Made by a program: the position numbers and the translations under genes. This document shows, piece by piece, positions 38,209 through 47,754 of a stretch of 64,000 nt of DNA (position 1 is the stretch's first letter; every line of letters starts with the position of its first letter). The notes below the pieces were generated by a model. That model was not told the origin of the DNA, searched no databases, and saw nothing but the letters and a program-made list of their open reading frames with translations. The DNA is taken from assembly GCA_041640035.1 (NCBI GenBank), contig JBEQBC010000002.1:32001-96000 (forward strand). The letters run 5' to 3'. This DNA comes from Candidatus Nanohaloarchaea archaeon (lineage in GTDB: Archaea; Nanohalarchaeota; Nanosalinia; Nanosalinales; Nanosalinaceae).

Positions 38209-39150
38209 ATGGCAGCTTGTTCTGAATGCGGAAAAGAGTCAATGAGTTTCACCTGCAGTTACTGCGGGAAGAGCTTCTGCTCGGATCACCGGCTGCCTGA
38301 GAACCATGACTGCGATAAGCTTGAGGAAGAGCTCGAGAAAAAGCAGGAAGAGGATGGCAAATGGTTCGAGAACAAGGACAAGAAGAGCGAGGAAAAGAGA
38401 CGAGGTAGAAGAGAACCTCCTAAGAAACCAAGTCTCGCGGAAGACATACTAAATGTTTTCAAGGATAATATAAGCTATAGTATAATCGCAGTAACCGTGT
38501 TTTTCTTCGTTCTCCAGCCTTTCCTTCCTGGTGTAAGCCCTCCTATATCACAGGAAGCATTCCAGATGGTTCAGAACAACCCGTTCGAACTAAGTCCTTT
38601 GATACTTTATCCGTCTCTTGAATACCTGATGGAGAGGCCATGGACCTTGTTCACAGTGATGCTGATGCACGGAGGACTACTTCATATATTCGCGAACATA
38701 GTGACCTTCTACTTCTTCGGAAAACCGATAGAGAACATAATCGGCGGAAGAGAAACACTGAAACTGTACCTTGGCGCAGGCCTGATTTCCAGCCTAGCAA
38801 TTGTCGGATTCCAGAACCTGCTCAACATGATTCATGGAGTAGGAATGTCACCGATCGTAGGAGCTTCGGGTGCAGTTGTAGCCTTTATTGGTGCAGTCGC
38901 GATACTTTACCCTGATGCAGAAGTACTGCTTTACTTCGTCGTTCCTATGAAGATCAAGACTGCGGTTTACGCCTTTGGAGCGATCGAAGCTGTGAATATC
39001 GTCCTGAAGCTTTTCAACATCTACCTGCCTTTGATCGGAGGTTTTGCCAGTTCAGCACATCTTGCTGGCCTCCTGATTGGTATCTGGTACGGTAGAAAGA
39101 TTAAGGATGAGGCAGGTCGGATGAGCGTGTTCGATCCTATGCAGTTCTAG
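38209..39150 (+). CDS. Rhomboid protease with N-terminal AN1 zinc finger
   Basis: CSECG...CSYCG..FC..HRLPENHDC; HIFAN, GASG (Ser), AHLAG (His). Confidence 0.93.
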   Translation: MAACSECGKESMSFTCSYCGKSFCSDHRLPENHDCDKLEEELEKKQEEDGKWFENKDKKSEEKRRGRREPPKKPSLAEDILNVFKDNISYSIIAVTVFFFVLQPFLPGVSPPISQEAFQMVQNNPFELSPLILYPSLEYLMERPWTLFTVMLMHGGLLHIFANIVTFYFFGKPIENIIGGRETLKLYLGAGLISSLAIVGFQNLLNMIHGVGMSPIVGASGAVVAFIGAVAILYPDAEVLLYFVVPMKIKTAVYAFGAIEAVNIVLKLFNIYLPLIGGFASSAHLAGLLIGIWYGRKIKDEAGRMSVFDPMQF

Positions 39151-39680
39151 GGAGTAACTCTCTTGTTCTCGAAATATGTTACACCGCTCTCTGAGTCAAC
39201 TACTGCGTAAAGCATCTTGGCGCGTATGTTGTGAGCCAGTCTTACAGTTCTTGACATCTCCTCAAAGCCTTGTTTCTGGCTTTCGTTCACTGCCTGAACC
39301 ACCCACTTGGTATGTGCACGGTTACCTTCCTCATCTGCGTAAGGATTGGCTCCGCGCGGGTAGACCCTGAAATGTGTTCCAAACTTGAAGCCAGATTTAA
39401 CTATGAAGCCGCGCTCTCTGAGATCGTCGTAGACTGTGTATTTCTTCTTAAAGTCTTCGTCTAGTTCAGAAAACTTTGAGAACATTTCTTCTCTGCTCAG
39501 AGTTTCTCCATCTGATTCAACTTCGATTATGTCTCTGTCGTGGAGATGTGCGGCTTCTACTAGCGATAATTCCAGTTTTCCGTCGTTTTTCTTGCCGTAG
39601 TATTTATCTTTGTAGACTGTTTCGATGTCTTCTTCGTCCCAGATGACGGCTTTCTTGTTTACGAGTTCGGCAGTTATCAT
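39147..39680 (-). CDS. endA: tRNA-splicing endonuclease
   Basis: LSLVEAAHL, VYDDLRERG.IVKSGFKFGTHFRVY, AH, VRLAH. Confidence 0.92.
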   Translation of the reverse strand: MITAELVNKKAVIWDEEDIETVYKDKYYGKKNDGKLELSLVEAAHLHDRDIIEVESDGETLSREEMFSKFSELDEDFKKKYTVYDDLRERGFIVKSGFKFGTHFRVYPRGANPYADEEGNRAHTKWVVQAVNESQKQGFEEMSRTVRLAHNIRAKMLYAVVDSESGVTYFENKRVTP

Positions 39681-39707
39681 AATACTGTGTTAGTTCGGTT
39701 ACTGTTT

Positions 39708-40367
39708 TTAGAATTCGGATAATCCGCTCTGTGACTCCTCTTCTATTATCTTTTGAGATGAGCTCCATGACATCCGCGTATCTGAAGGTAGCTCACCGTT
39801 CTCAGAGAAGTACTGGCGCAGGAACTCTTTGACAGGCGGGTCATGCGGGTAGCCGGAGCCGAAGTCGTATCCGTACTTTTCGTGCAGTTCCTCTACATGT
39901 CGTTCTCGCCGTGTCTTGGCGACTATTGAGGCTGCTGATACGATCGGGTAGGTGTCGTCTGCTCCATGTTCGGCAATTATCTCGATATCCTGGAGAGATG
40001 TAGGGAGTTCGGCTTTGACTTTTTTGATGTATCTTTCTGCGTTGGGTTCAGGTAGGTCGAGTATTACTTTGTCTGGTTCTGTTCTTTCTATGACATCTGC
40101 GAATGCCTGTGTCTCTATCTCGTTCAGGCTCATGACTTCCCGTAGCTGGTCGATTTCTGAGGCTGTTATCTCTTTCAGGAATTTCTCTCCTTTTTCCTCT
40201 AACTGTTCTTCTATCCTGTCTCTTTTCTTGTCGGACAGTTTCTTTGAGTCCTTTACATCTAGGTCTTCCAGGAAGCTGTTCTTTTCTTCTTCCAGCATGT
40301 AGCCTCCTATGAACATGGAGCCGATTACCGGGCCTCTTCCTGCTTCATCAAGTCCGAGTACTTTCAT
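39708..40367 (-). CDS. rnhB: Ribonuclease HII
   Basis: GLDEAGRGPVIG, DSKKL, VSAASIVAK, GSGYP; start taken as ATG 40367. Confidence 0.96.
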   Translation of the reverse strand: MKVLGLDEAGRGPVIGSMFIGGYMLEEEKNSFLEDLDVKDSKKLSDKKRDRIEEQLEEKGEKFLKEITASEIDQLREVMSLNEIETQAFADVIERTEPDKVILDLPEPNAERYIKKVKAELPTSLQDIEIIAEHGADDTYPIVSAASIVAKTRRERHVEELHEKYGYDFGSGYPHDPPVKEFLRQYFSENGELPSDTRMSWSSSQKIIEEESQSGLSEF

Positions 40368-40515
40368 TTTGGATTCGGTCACATCATATGGTTTCATCCC
40401 GTAAGAATAAAACTTGAGTGACTGTCAGAACAGTTTTTGGTATCGGAGTGCAGATTCAGAGCAGAAACTCACACCATTTATAATATTCACTTGTCGATTC
40501 TTACTTACAACCCGT

Positions 40516-40590
40516 AGCGGGGTGGAGCAGCCAGGAGTGCTCGTCGGGCTCATAACCCGGAGGTCCGTGGTTCAAATCCACGCCCCGCTA
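40516..40590 (+). tRNA. Initiator tRNA-Met(CAT)
   Basis: A1-T72 pair (AGCGGGG/CCCCGCT), GGG/CCC anticodon stem, loop CTCATAA, TTCAAAT. Confidence 0.96.
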
Positions 40591-40596
40591 TTTTAA

Positions 40597-41136
40597 TCAT
40601 AGGTCGCGGAGTGTTTCTTGACGGCTTATATCATCAGGCAAGGAATCAGTATTATCAGTGGCCTGATTTTTCAGGAATTCTTCTATATCGTCTATCTCCT
40701 CAAAATAATGATTATTGGAGTCCTCCCTCTCTTGTTGTAGTTCTTCTTTGACTCCTAAAGATTCAAGATAGCTGCTTTCCTGTATGTAGAACCCTTCCAG
40801 TATCTGTGCAGTTTTCTCAACCCTTTCAAAATCTGACTGGAGTTCTTCACTTTCACTAGAGAGCTGTTCAAGAATGTTATGAGCTAGTTCATGGACTACT
40901 GTTCCTGCATTGCTGTATTCGTCTTTACTGAAGTCAACATAATGTTTCAGAAAAGGAAATTCATCAGTTGCTTCAACACCATAGACCCTAAGTAAACTCC
41001 GATCTTCAGTCCTAACAAATCTGGATTGGTAGCCTGAATCCGAGAGTTCGTTGTCAAGAAGTCCCAGCATCTCTGTATATACTTCCCATCTGAACTGATC
41101 AACAGACATATCCAGCGATTCATCAACCGGCATCAA
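40597..41136 (-). CDS. Hypothetical protein with HExxH motif
   Basis: VVHELAH motif with a downstream Glu (ILEG); converges on the tRNA-iMet 3' end. Confidence 0.55.
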   Translation of the reverse strand: MMPVDESLDMSVDQFRWEVYTEMLGLLDNELSDSGYQSRFVRTEDRSLLRVYGVEATDEFPFLKHYVDFSKDEYSNAGTVVHELAHNILEQLSSESEELQSDFERVEKTAQILEGFYIQESSYLESLGVKEELQQEREDSNNHYFEEIDDIEEFLKNQATDNTDSLPDDISRQETLRDL

Positions 41137-41176
41137 TCAAAAATTATTTGTCAAAATTTATCAGAATATTCTAGGT

Positions 41177-41509
41177 TTATTGACAGTACTGCCAGAAATC
41201 TGTGCATTTTCCGTTCTCGTTCAGCTTGATCAGATAGATTCCTTTCAGATGGTTTTTCTCTCCGTTTGATCTGTAGGATAGTTCCCACTGTACGGTGTGT
41301 TTGTTTTCACTGCTGGAGAATAGTTCGAGTTCGAGCTGGATATCTTCCTGTTCCTTGACTCCCTCCCATTCTTTTTCTAACTCCTCTGGCGCGAGTTTCT
41401 GATCAGGTGTTTCGTAGTAGGTTACATCGTCGGTGAAGAGGTCGAGTACTTTTTCTACATCCTTTTCTTTCCAGTTCTCCCTGAATTCTTGAAGCCATTC
41501 TTCGATCAT
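41177..41509 (-). CDS. NTF2/SnoaL-like protein
   Basis: W...DVEKVLDLFTDDVTY...P pattern and C-terminal GKC..F. Confidence 0.8.
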   Translation of the reverse strand: MIEEWLQEFRENWKEKDVEKVLDLFTDDVTYYETPDQKLAPEELEKEWEGVKEQEDIQLELELFSSSENKHTVQWELSYRSNGEKNHLKGIYLIKLNENGKCTDFWQYCQ

Positions 41510-41679
41510 CGTGTTACCCTCCTCTTTTTCTGGATCAACTATAGAGTTCGGTTACCGTCCATTAACTTAAATAAGAATATCTATATACTTTGACTATTGT
41601 GTAAGAGTGCATAATACACTCTGACACATAGGGGATTTTGGGGGAGTGATAAACGAAAAATGAGAGTGATTAATAGAAA

Positions 41680-42033
41680 ATGGATAAAGTCGGTAATGCA
41701 CTGATTAGTTTGATACAGGATCTCTCCAGTATTTCTACAAACGGTTACGCGAAGGTCGAGATAAACGAGAATCTCTGTGACCCGAGGCAGTTTGAACAGT
41801 TATTCGATTACTTCACCCAGGGAACTATCCTGGAAAGAATTGATCTAGATGTTGAATCAGCTCAAACCCAAGTGGACTGCGGATGCGGTTACAAGGAACC
41901 TGTAAACGGAGATCACTCCGGATACATGAGATGCCCGGACTGTGGAAAGTTCGCGGAAGTACAGGACCACGCATACAGCATCAAGAAGCCTGATCCTTCC
42001 AAGGTTGGGAAACGGCAGAGCATCAGGTTCTAG
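41680..42033 (+). CDS. HypA-like zinc-binding protein lacking the N-terminal MHE motif
   Basis: DP..F...F....GT.LE...L.VE followed by CGCG and CPDCG. Confidence 0.6.
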   Translation: MDKVGNALISLIQDLSSISTNGYAKVEINENLCDPRQFEQLFDYFTQGTILERIDLDVESAQTQVDCGCGYKEPVNGDHSGYMRCPDCGKFAEVQDHAYSIKKPDPSKVGKRQSIRF

Positions 42034-42083
42034 AGTATAACTACTAAAGATTCCGTTCTACGAATAACAATTATAGAGGTACT

Positions 42084-42166
42084 GCCGGGGTAGCCAAGTG
42101 GCCAAAGGCGACGGACTCAAGATCCGTTCCCGCAGGGGTTCCCGGGTTCAAATCCTGGCCCCGGCA
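42084..42166 (+). tRNA. tRNA-Leu(CAA)
   Basis: GCCGGGG/CCCCGGC acceptor, ACGGA-CTCAAGA-TCCGT anticodon arm, long variable arm CCCGCAGGG. Confidence 0.97.
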
Positions 42167-42189
42167 TCTAAGCCCATACTGAACAAGCT

Positions 42190-42960
42190 ATGAGAACGAA
42201 CAAACCTTCAGAAGCCGACCTGATAATCCAGAAACTTCCAAGCGACATGGGAATCCACCGCAACCCGCGAAAAGGCACCCTGAACGCACCAGGAAAAATC
42301 CTGGAAGAATACATTTCCGAAAACAATGTTCTGATAGACGAAGTTTTCCCCAACGAGTTCTCACTTCAGGAAACACATCATAAAATAGAAGAGAACACCG
42401 ATGAAGTCACTGAATACGGTAAACCTGTTCTTTCGCTGGGAGGCGATCACTCAGTAAGTTTCCCAGTCATCAAAGCCCTGAAGGAAGACAATCCAAGTAT
42501 GAAGCTGGTCTGGCTAGACGCACACCTTGACTTGAAGGAAAAAGTCGGCGATAACATATCACACGATGTAGTTGTACGGGAACTACTCGAAAACGGTTTT
42601 TCAGAGAGCGAAATCTACTTCGTAGGGATCACCGAAATTGATCACGATGAAGAAGAGTTTATACAGGGTAGAGACCTGAATATTTTCCGGTACGATGAAT
42701 TGGAAGAATTCAAAAGAGAGTTCCAAAACGATGAACAACCTGTGTATTTGAGCACAGACATCGATGTCTTGAAAGAAGAACTTGCTCCCGGAACAGGTTA
42801 CCCTGACGGAGAGTTAGAGCTGGAAGAAGTTCAGTCAGTGATTGAAAAGGTTGAGCCTGATCACGCAGATCTAGTTGAGGTCGCACCCCCATTGGACGAT
42901 GGAACAACTCTAGAAAACAGCAGGAAAGTTCTGAAATTTATAGAGAAAGAACTCACATAA
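42190..42960 (+). CDS. Arginase/agmatinase family ureohydrolase
   Basis: GGDHS, DAHLD, DIDVL...APGTG, DLVEV motifs. Confidence 0.9.
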   Translation: MRTNKPSEADLIIQKLPSDMGIHRNPRKGTLNAPGKILEEYISENNVLIDEVFPNEFSLQETHHKIEENTDEVTEYGKPVLSLGGDHSVSFPVIKALKEDNPSMKLVWLDAHLDLKEKVGDNISHDVVVRELLENGFSESEIYFVGITEIDHDEEEFIQGRDLNIFRYDELEEFKREFQNDEQPVYLSTDIDVLKEELAPGTGYPDGELELEEVQSVIEKVEPDHADLVEVAPPLDDGTTLENSRKVLKFIEKELT

Positions 42961-42969
42961 AATAGTAAT

Positions 42970-43410
42970 ATGAAGAACATCAAAACCTACGCCGCCATCA
43001 CACTGGTTCTCCTTATACCTCTAGCCGCTTTCCTGACCGTCAACAATGGAGATTGCGGCGAGATAACAGGTTTCGATGATATCGATTTGAGACCTGTGGA
43101 AGTCGGCTACAGCGAGGAAAACAGTTCTGTCCGTGTCGAACTAAGGAACTACGGTGAGAAAAATGTGACAGTTGAGGAGCTTGATATCAAGCTGGCGCAC
43201 AGTGACCGTGAAAGCGATGTCCTGATGAATAGCGAGGAGAAACATATCAGAAACGGTACAAAAGAAGTGGTATACCTGGACCAGCTGGCTGAAGTCGAAT
43301 CATCGGATCAGTGTAACCGTTTCGAGATGGAGGTAATGTACGATCAGGAGGTCAAAGTAGGTTTCAGCGACCGCGGTGAGGTGGAGCTGAAGGCCGAAAT
43401 CACCGGTTGA
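42970..43410 (+). CDS. Membrane-anchored extracellular beta-sandwich protein
   Basis: N-terminal TM, LRNYG motif, Cys pair, sequons. Confidence 0.6.
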   Translation: MKNIKTYAAITLVLLIPLAAFLTVNNGDCGEITGFDDIDLRPVEVGYSEENSSVRVELRNYGEKNVTVEELDIKLAHSDRESDVLMNSEEKHIRNGTKEVVYLDQLAEVESSDQCNRFEMEVMYDQEVKVGFSDRGEVELKAEITG

Positions 43411-43453
43411 GGCAGTCAAAATATTAAATCTGTCGTCCCCATTCTAAAACTGT

Positions 43454-45085
43454 ATGAAACAGGTCAAGAGCAAGCTGGCTTCCATACTATCAGAAAAACT
43501 CGATGCAGAAGTAAGTCCAGAGGACATCGAGAGACCGGAGCCAGAACACGGAGACTTCGCCTACCCGGTTATGAAAGCAGCTTCACAGAAGGACGAAAAT
43601 CCACGCCAGCTTGCAGAAACCGTTTCACAAGGTTTCGACGAAGAAATAATTAATTCAGTTTATGTGGCCGGACCAGGATACCTGAACTTCCATCTGGAAA
43701 GAGAAAAGTTCTCAGAACAGGTATTCCAGACACTCGGAAAAGATAATTACGGTTTTGAAGACAGGGATGAGAAAGTGCTAGTCGAGTTCTCCTGTCCCAA
43801 CCTGGCGAAACCTATGCATATCGGCCATGTACGGAACAACTGCATCGGCGACTCACTCCAGCGCATAATGCGCTTCGTGGGATACGATGTGACCTCAGAG
43901 AACTACATCGGCGACTGGGGAACCAAACACGGCCAGGTGATCTATGCATACAAACAGTGGGGTTCAAAGGAAGAGTTCGAGGAGAACCCTATGGAGCACA
44001 TGTACGATCTGTATGTGAAGCTTCACGACCAGGCTGATGAGGAAGATAAGGAGAAGGCCCGTGAATGGAGTAAGAAAATCGAAGAAGGTCATGACGAGGC
44101 CAGAGAACTATGGGAGATGTTCCGTGAAGCCACCATCGAGCACAACAAGAATGATTACCAGCGGATGGATATCAGTTTCGACAGATGGACCGGAGAATCA
44201 GTTGTAGCAGAAGAAGCCGAAGAAATAATTGAAGAAGGAATCGAGAAAGATATCTTCCATGAAGACGATGATGGAAGTGTCTATGTAGATTTCGAAGACG
44301 AAAAATATCCTTCAACGGTCGTCAAGAGAAGCGACGGATCAACACTGTACCTTTCAAGAGATGTAGCAAATATCAGAAAGCGTGAAAACGAAGGATTCGA
44401 CCTAAACCTGTATGTAGTGGCTAACGAGCAGGACCTTCATTTCCAGCAACTGTTCGAAATCGCTGAGGAGTTCGGTATCCAGCTTCCAAGCGAACATATC
44501 TCCTACGGAATGCTTCACCTAGAAGAAGGTTCTATGAGCAGCAGCAAAGGTAACATCATCACCCTGGACGAGGTAATCGACAAAGCAGTTGAGAAAGCCG
44601 AGGAAATCGAAGGAAGAGATGTCGGAAACTCTGAGGAAGTCGGCCTGGGCGCCATAAAGTACGCAAACTTGTCTGTATCCCGTCCGAAGGATATCGAGTT
44701 CAATTGGGACGAAGTACTGACCTTCGAAGGAGACTCAGGTCCATATCTCCAGTATACTAATGTCCGAGCGAAGAGTATACTCCGGGAGTCAGACCGTGAG
44801 GCAGAACTGACAGGAGAATTTACGGATGAGGAATATAGACTGGTTAAGAAGCTTTCAGAATTACCTGAGAAAATAGAAACAGCAGCAAATCAGAGAGAAC
44901 CTGCGAAGATCGCTAACTATCTTTCAGATCTTTGTGAGGATTTTAACAGCTTCTATCACAGCTGCCAGGTAACCGGAACAGCTGAAGAAGTTGAAAAACG
45001 AAGACTGAAGATTGTAGAAGGTTTTGTAGAGGCCACAGACACAGGGCTGGATCTTCTGGGTATTGAATCGCTGGAAGAAATGTAG
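43454..45085 (+). CDS. argS: Arginine--tRNA ligase
   Basis: HGDFA, GPGYLNF, PNLAKPMHIGH, GDWG, SMSSSKG, GDSGPYLQY. Confidence 0.97.
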   Translation: MKQVKSKLASILSEKLDAEVSPEDIERPEPEHGDFAYPVMKAASQKDENPRQLAETVSQGFDEEIINSVYVAGPGYLNFHLEREKFSEQVFQTLGKDNYGFEDRDEKVLVEFSCPNLAKPMHIGHVRNNCIGDSLQRIMRFVGYDVTSENYIGDWGTKHGQVIYAYKQWGSKEEFEENPMEHMYDLYVKLHDQADEEDKEKAREWSKKIEEGHDEARELWEMFREATIEHNKNDYQRMDISFDRWTGESVVAEEAEEIIEEGIEKDIFHEDDDGSVYVDFEDEKYPSTVVKRSDGSTLYLSRDVANIRKRENEGFDLNLYVVANEQDLHFQQLFEIAEEFGIQLPSEHISYGMLHLEEGSMSSSKGNIITLDEVIDKAVEKAEEIEGRDVGNSEEVGLGAIKYANLSVSRPKDIEFNWDEVLTFEGDSGPYLQYTNVRAKSILRESDREAELTGEFTDEEYRLVKKLSELPEKIETAANQREPAKIANYLSDLCEDFNSFYHSCQVTGTAEEVEKRRLKIVEGFVEATDTGLDLLGIESLEEM

Positions 45086-45086
45086 T

Positions 45087-45539
45087 TCAGTCGATTTCCT
45101 CTATAGGCACGCCACCTACCTTTTCATTCTCTTCTACATCACGGTTGATGAATGACTGAGCGCCAACAGTAGCGTCGTCACCTATATTGATTCCAGGCCT
45201 GTTTGCTGTGCCGTGTCCGATAAGCACATCGTCTCCTACATTTACTTCTCCTTTTATACAGGAGTCGTTATCGAATTCATGGGCTAAAACCTTAGCTCCC
45301 CAGCCTATCAAAGCATTTTCACCGATAGTGATTTCTTCCGGGAAGAATGGGTCGATCTGTACATGAGGTGCTATAACTGTTCCTTTACCGATTTCTGCAC
45401 CTATCATTCGGTACATCCAGTTCTTTACTTTGACAGGCATTATCTTGGCTAGCTCACATACCAGAAGGTTGAATACCAATCGGAACGGATTTCTCAACTT
45501 GTACCATTTCTGAGGTGGTACATCTACTTTTTCTGTCAT
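45087..45539 (-). CDS. Left-handed beta-helix (hexapeptide repeat) acyltransferase
   Basis: GAEIGKG, IGENALIG, VGDDVLIG, GGVP repeats. Confidence 0.85.
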   Translation of the reverse strand: MTEKVDVPPQKWYKLRNPFRLVFNLLVCELAKIMPVKVKNWMYRMIGAEIGKGTVIAPHVQIDPFFPEEITIGENALIGWGAKVLAHEFDNDSCIKGEVNVGDDVLIGHGTANRPGINIGDDATVGAQSFINRDVEENEKVGGVPIEEID

Positions 45540-45599
45540 ATCTACAGGAAGGGTTTTTCAGCCGTATTGAATAAAAGTGTCGATGTTGAAAACTGGAGT

Positions 45600-45806
45600 A
45601 TGGGGGAGGAAAACAACTTCTGGATAATCGAACTCTACAACGATGAAACCGCCAATGTATCAATCATGAGCAAGGAAGAAGCCGAAGCGATGAAGAAAGT
45701 GAACGACGACTTCGAGGAATGGCAGATGGAGCCATGCAGCGACTTCTCCGAGGATGACATGATTGAGAGAGCGGAAGACAAAGGATACGAACACGATCCC
45801 TGGTAA
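45600..45806 (+). CDS. Small acidic hypothetical protein
   Basis: 68 aa from ATG 45600 with genome-typical composition. Confidence 0.6.
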   Translation: MGEENNFWIIELYNDETANVSIMSKEEAEAMKKVNDDFEEWQMEPCSDFSEDDMIERAEDKGYEHDPW

Positions 45807-45812
45807 AATACA

Positions 45813-46154
45813 TCAGTTATCCAGGTCCTGAAGAATCTTCATGTACGCATCGTTATCTAAATGTACTCTATCAGTTAATTTTCCTGCTAGTTCTTCAAGA
45901 TCGGATTCTTTCATACCGAAGTACGACTCAGAACTTTTGTAGGAAGGCTTGATGCCGATAACATAATCAGATCTATTTCTCAAAGGATGAACTACATCTT
46001 CAAAACTCGGCGGATTCTCGTATATCTCAATCCTGCCAGAAGAACCTTCATAGAAGAGAAGCGGCTTACTATTTCTAGCTGTCCTGCTAAGTGTTTCCCG
46101 AGTTACTGACTGCAGATCTCTTTCGTCAACAGTTTCAAGGAAATGTGATATCAA
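45813..46154 (-). CDS. Hypothetical protein downstream of tRNA-Phe (start uncertain)
   Basis: Listed ORF begins inside the tRNA; first plausible start after it is TTG 46154. Confidence 0.4.
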   Translation of the reverse strand: MISHFLETVDERDLQSVTRETLSRTARNSKPLLFYEGSSGRIEIYENPPSFEDVVHPLRNRSDYVIGIKPSYKSSESYFGMKESDLEELAGKLTDRVHLDNDAYMKILQDLDN

Positions 46155-46163
46155 GGTTGGAAA

Positions 46164-46237
46164 TGGCCGAACCCGGATTTGAACCGGGGACAACGTGATC
46201 TTCAGTCACGCGCTCTCCCAGGCTGAGCTATTCGGCC
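46164..46237 (-). tRNA. tRNA-Phe(GAA)
   Basis: GGCCGAA/TTCGGCC acceptor, CGTGA-CTGAAGA-TCACG anticodon arm. Confidence 0.97.
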
Positions 46238-46310
46238 AGACTGCTTGATAGAGTACATTTGAAAGGTGAGTTTTAAGAAATAAAACCTTATCAGAAGTAT
46301 AACTGTTTCA

Positions 46311-46829
46311 GTGCCCTTCACTCCTTTCCACTTCGGACCAGCCATACTCATCGGATTACTGATGCTGAATTACCTTGACTTCCCGACCTTTATACTGGCG
46401 AACATCATAATTGACTGGCGTGCTGCACTCGCCTTCATCGGATTCTTGGACGGTCCTCTTCACGGCTGGGTGCATACTTACCTCGGAGCCCTTCTGATGG
46501 CTGCCTGTCTTTCAGCAGCGATGATCAAAATACGGCCATTGCTAGATGAATCTTTAGAAGAGATGAAGATTGTACAAGAGGTGAATCGCCGGAAAATCGT
46601 ATTGGCAGCGGTTTCAGGTGTTCTTCTTCATGTGACGATTGATGCCATGCATCATCCGTTTATGCAGCCTTTCGCACCTTTCAGTTTCAGGCCTTTGCTG
46701 GGAACTGCGTCGACCACTGAACTGAGAACGGTGCTCTTCGTAATGCTTCTCCTGAGTTATCCTGTATACCTGGCTCATGTGAGCGACCGGTTCGCATTAG
46801 ATCTGGGAGAGCTGTGGACAGATTCTTAA
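46311..46829 (+). CDS. Membrane-bound metal-dependent hydrolase-like protein (YdjM/DUF4184-like)
   Basis: MPFTPFH, IID, HGWVHT, LHVTID motifs with TM helices. Confidence 0.75.
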   Translation: MPFTPFHFGPAILIGLLMLNYLDFPTFILANIIIDWRAALAFIGFLDGPLHGWVHTYLGALLMAACLSAAMIKIRPLLDESLEEMKIVQEVNRRKIVLAAVSGVLLHVTIDAMHHPFMQPFAPFSFRPLLGTASTTELRTVLFVMLLLSYPVYLAHVSDRFALDLGELWTDS

Positions 46830-46854
46830 AAATCAAGTGAGTTACACATTAAAT

Positions 46855-47715
46855 ATGAAGCTTTCAGAAATCCTGTTGCTATCTGCTATTGTTTTAACGG
46901 CTGGTTGCACCGATCAAATAGTGAGAGAGTATGAAGAGAATACTCCACCAGATATAGATTTTGAAAGTGTTGAAATAAATGGAGAATATGAGATAGTTTC
47001 TGAAGATGAAACTGAGTGGATAGTCTACAGACATGAAGGCGAAAGATATTCCTCACCTCACTTCGCCGGTTTGGAGCCGGCAGCTGGCTGGATCGCCGAC
47101 AACACAGAGGATAATGAGACGGTCGCAAGCTGGTGGGATTATGGGCATGATATCAGAGCTCAGACCGGAAACAAGATGTACCTTGTTGAGCCTTCAGAGT
47201 ATGCCGCAGAAAAAACTGTTGAAGGACCGATTTTCGGGCTACGAGAGAATTACTCTTCACAGAGTAAAATTAACAAGATGTTAGATATATTTAATTCGCC
47301 TCCCGAAGAAGCTATTTCAGTTGCGAGAGAAGAAGGTATCGAATATATTCTCTTCTCCAGGTCTGACTTGTACAAGTTTAATGTGATACAGAAAGCTGGC
47401 AACAGTTCAGATTCTAACGGGAGAATAACTTCAGGAGGATGTGTTTCGAACTGTGCAGGGATTAACCGTACCTTCAGATTTGATAGAGAAACTAGAGTTC
47501 AAGTAAATATGGAGGAAAAAACTGTAGAAGGCGATCTATCCAGGTGTTCCGAGAGTGAAAGTGGTTCAAAATGTGTGGTTGTTGCCTTTGAAGAAGTTTA
47601 CATGGCTGACGAGGAGAGCAAGGACTCGTTTTTCGTGAAAGCTTTATCTGGCAGGACCCGGCTTGAAAAGGTTTACAGCGGGGATTACGCTGTTATTCTG
47701 AGAGTAGATGGCTGA
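46855..47715 (+). CDS. Lipoprotein containing an AglB/STT3 C-terminal-like domain
   Basis: Lipobox LTAGC, WI..NT.....VASWWDYGH, DLYK motif; no polytopic TM region. Confidence 0.72.
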   Translation: MKLSEILLLSAIVLTAGCTDQIVREYEENTPPDIDFESVEINGEYEIVSEDETEWIVYRHEGERYSSPHFAGLEPAAGWIADNTEDNETVASWWDYGHDIRAQTGNKMYLVEPSEYAAEKTVEGPIFGLRENYSSQSKINKMLDIFNSPPEEAISVAREEGIEYILFSRSDLYKFNVIQKAGNSSDSNGRITSGGCVSNCAGINRTFRFDRETRVQVNMEEKTVEGDLSRCSESESGSKCVVVAFEEVYMADEESKDSFFVKALSGRTRLEKVYSGDYAVILRVDG

Positions 47716-47754
47716 ACCTGAATTGTATTAAGAATTACCGGATAGTTGACCTGT

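Noticed and set aside
40414-40596. 60-aa ORF
   Set aside because: Runs through the initiator tRNA-Met gene
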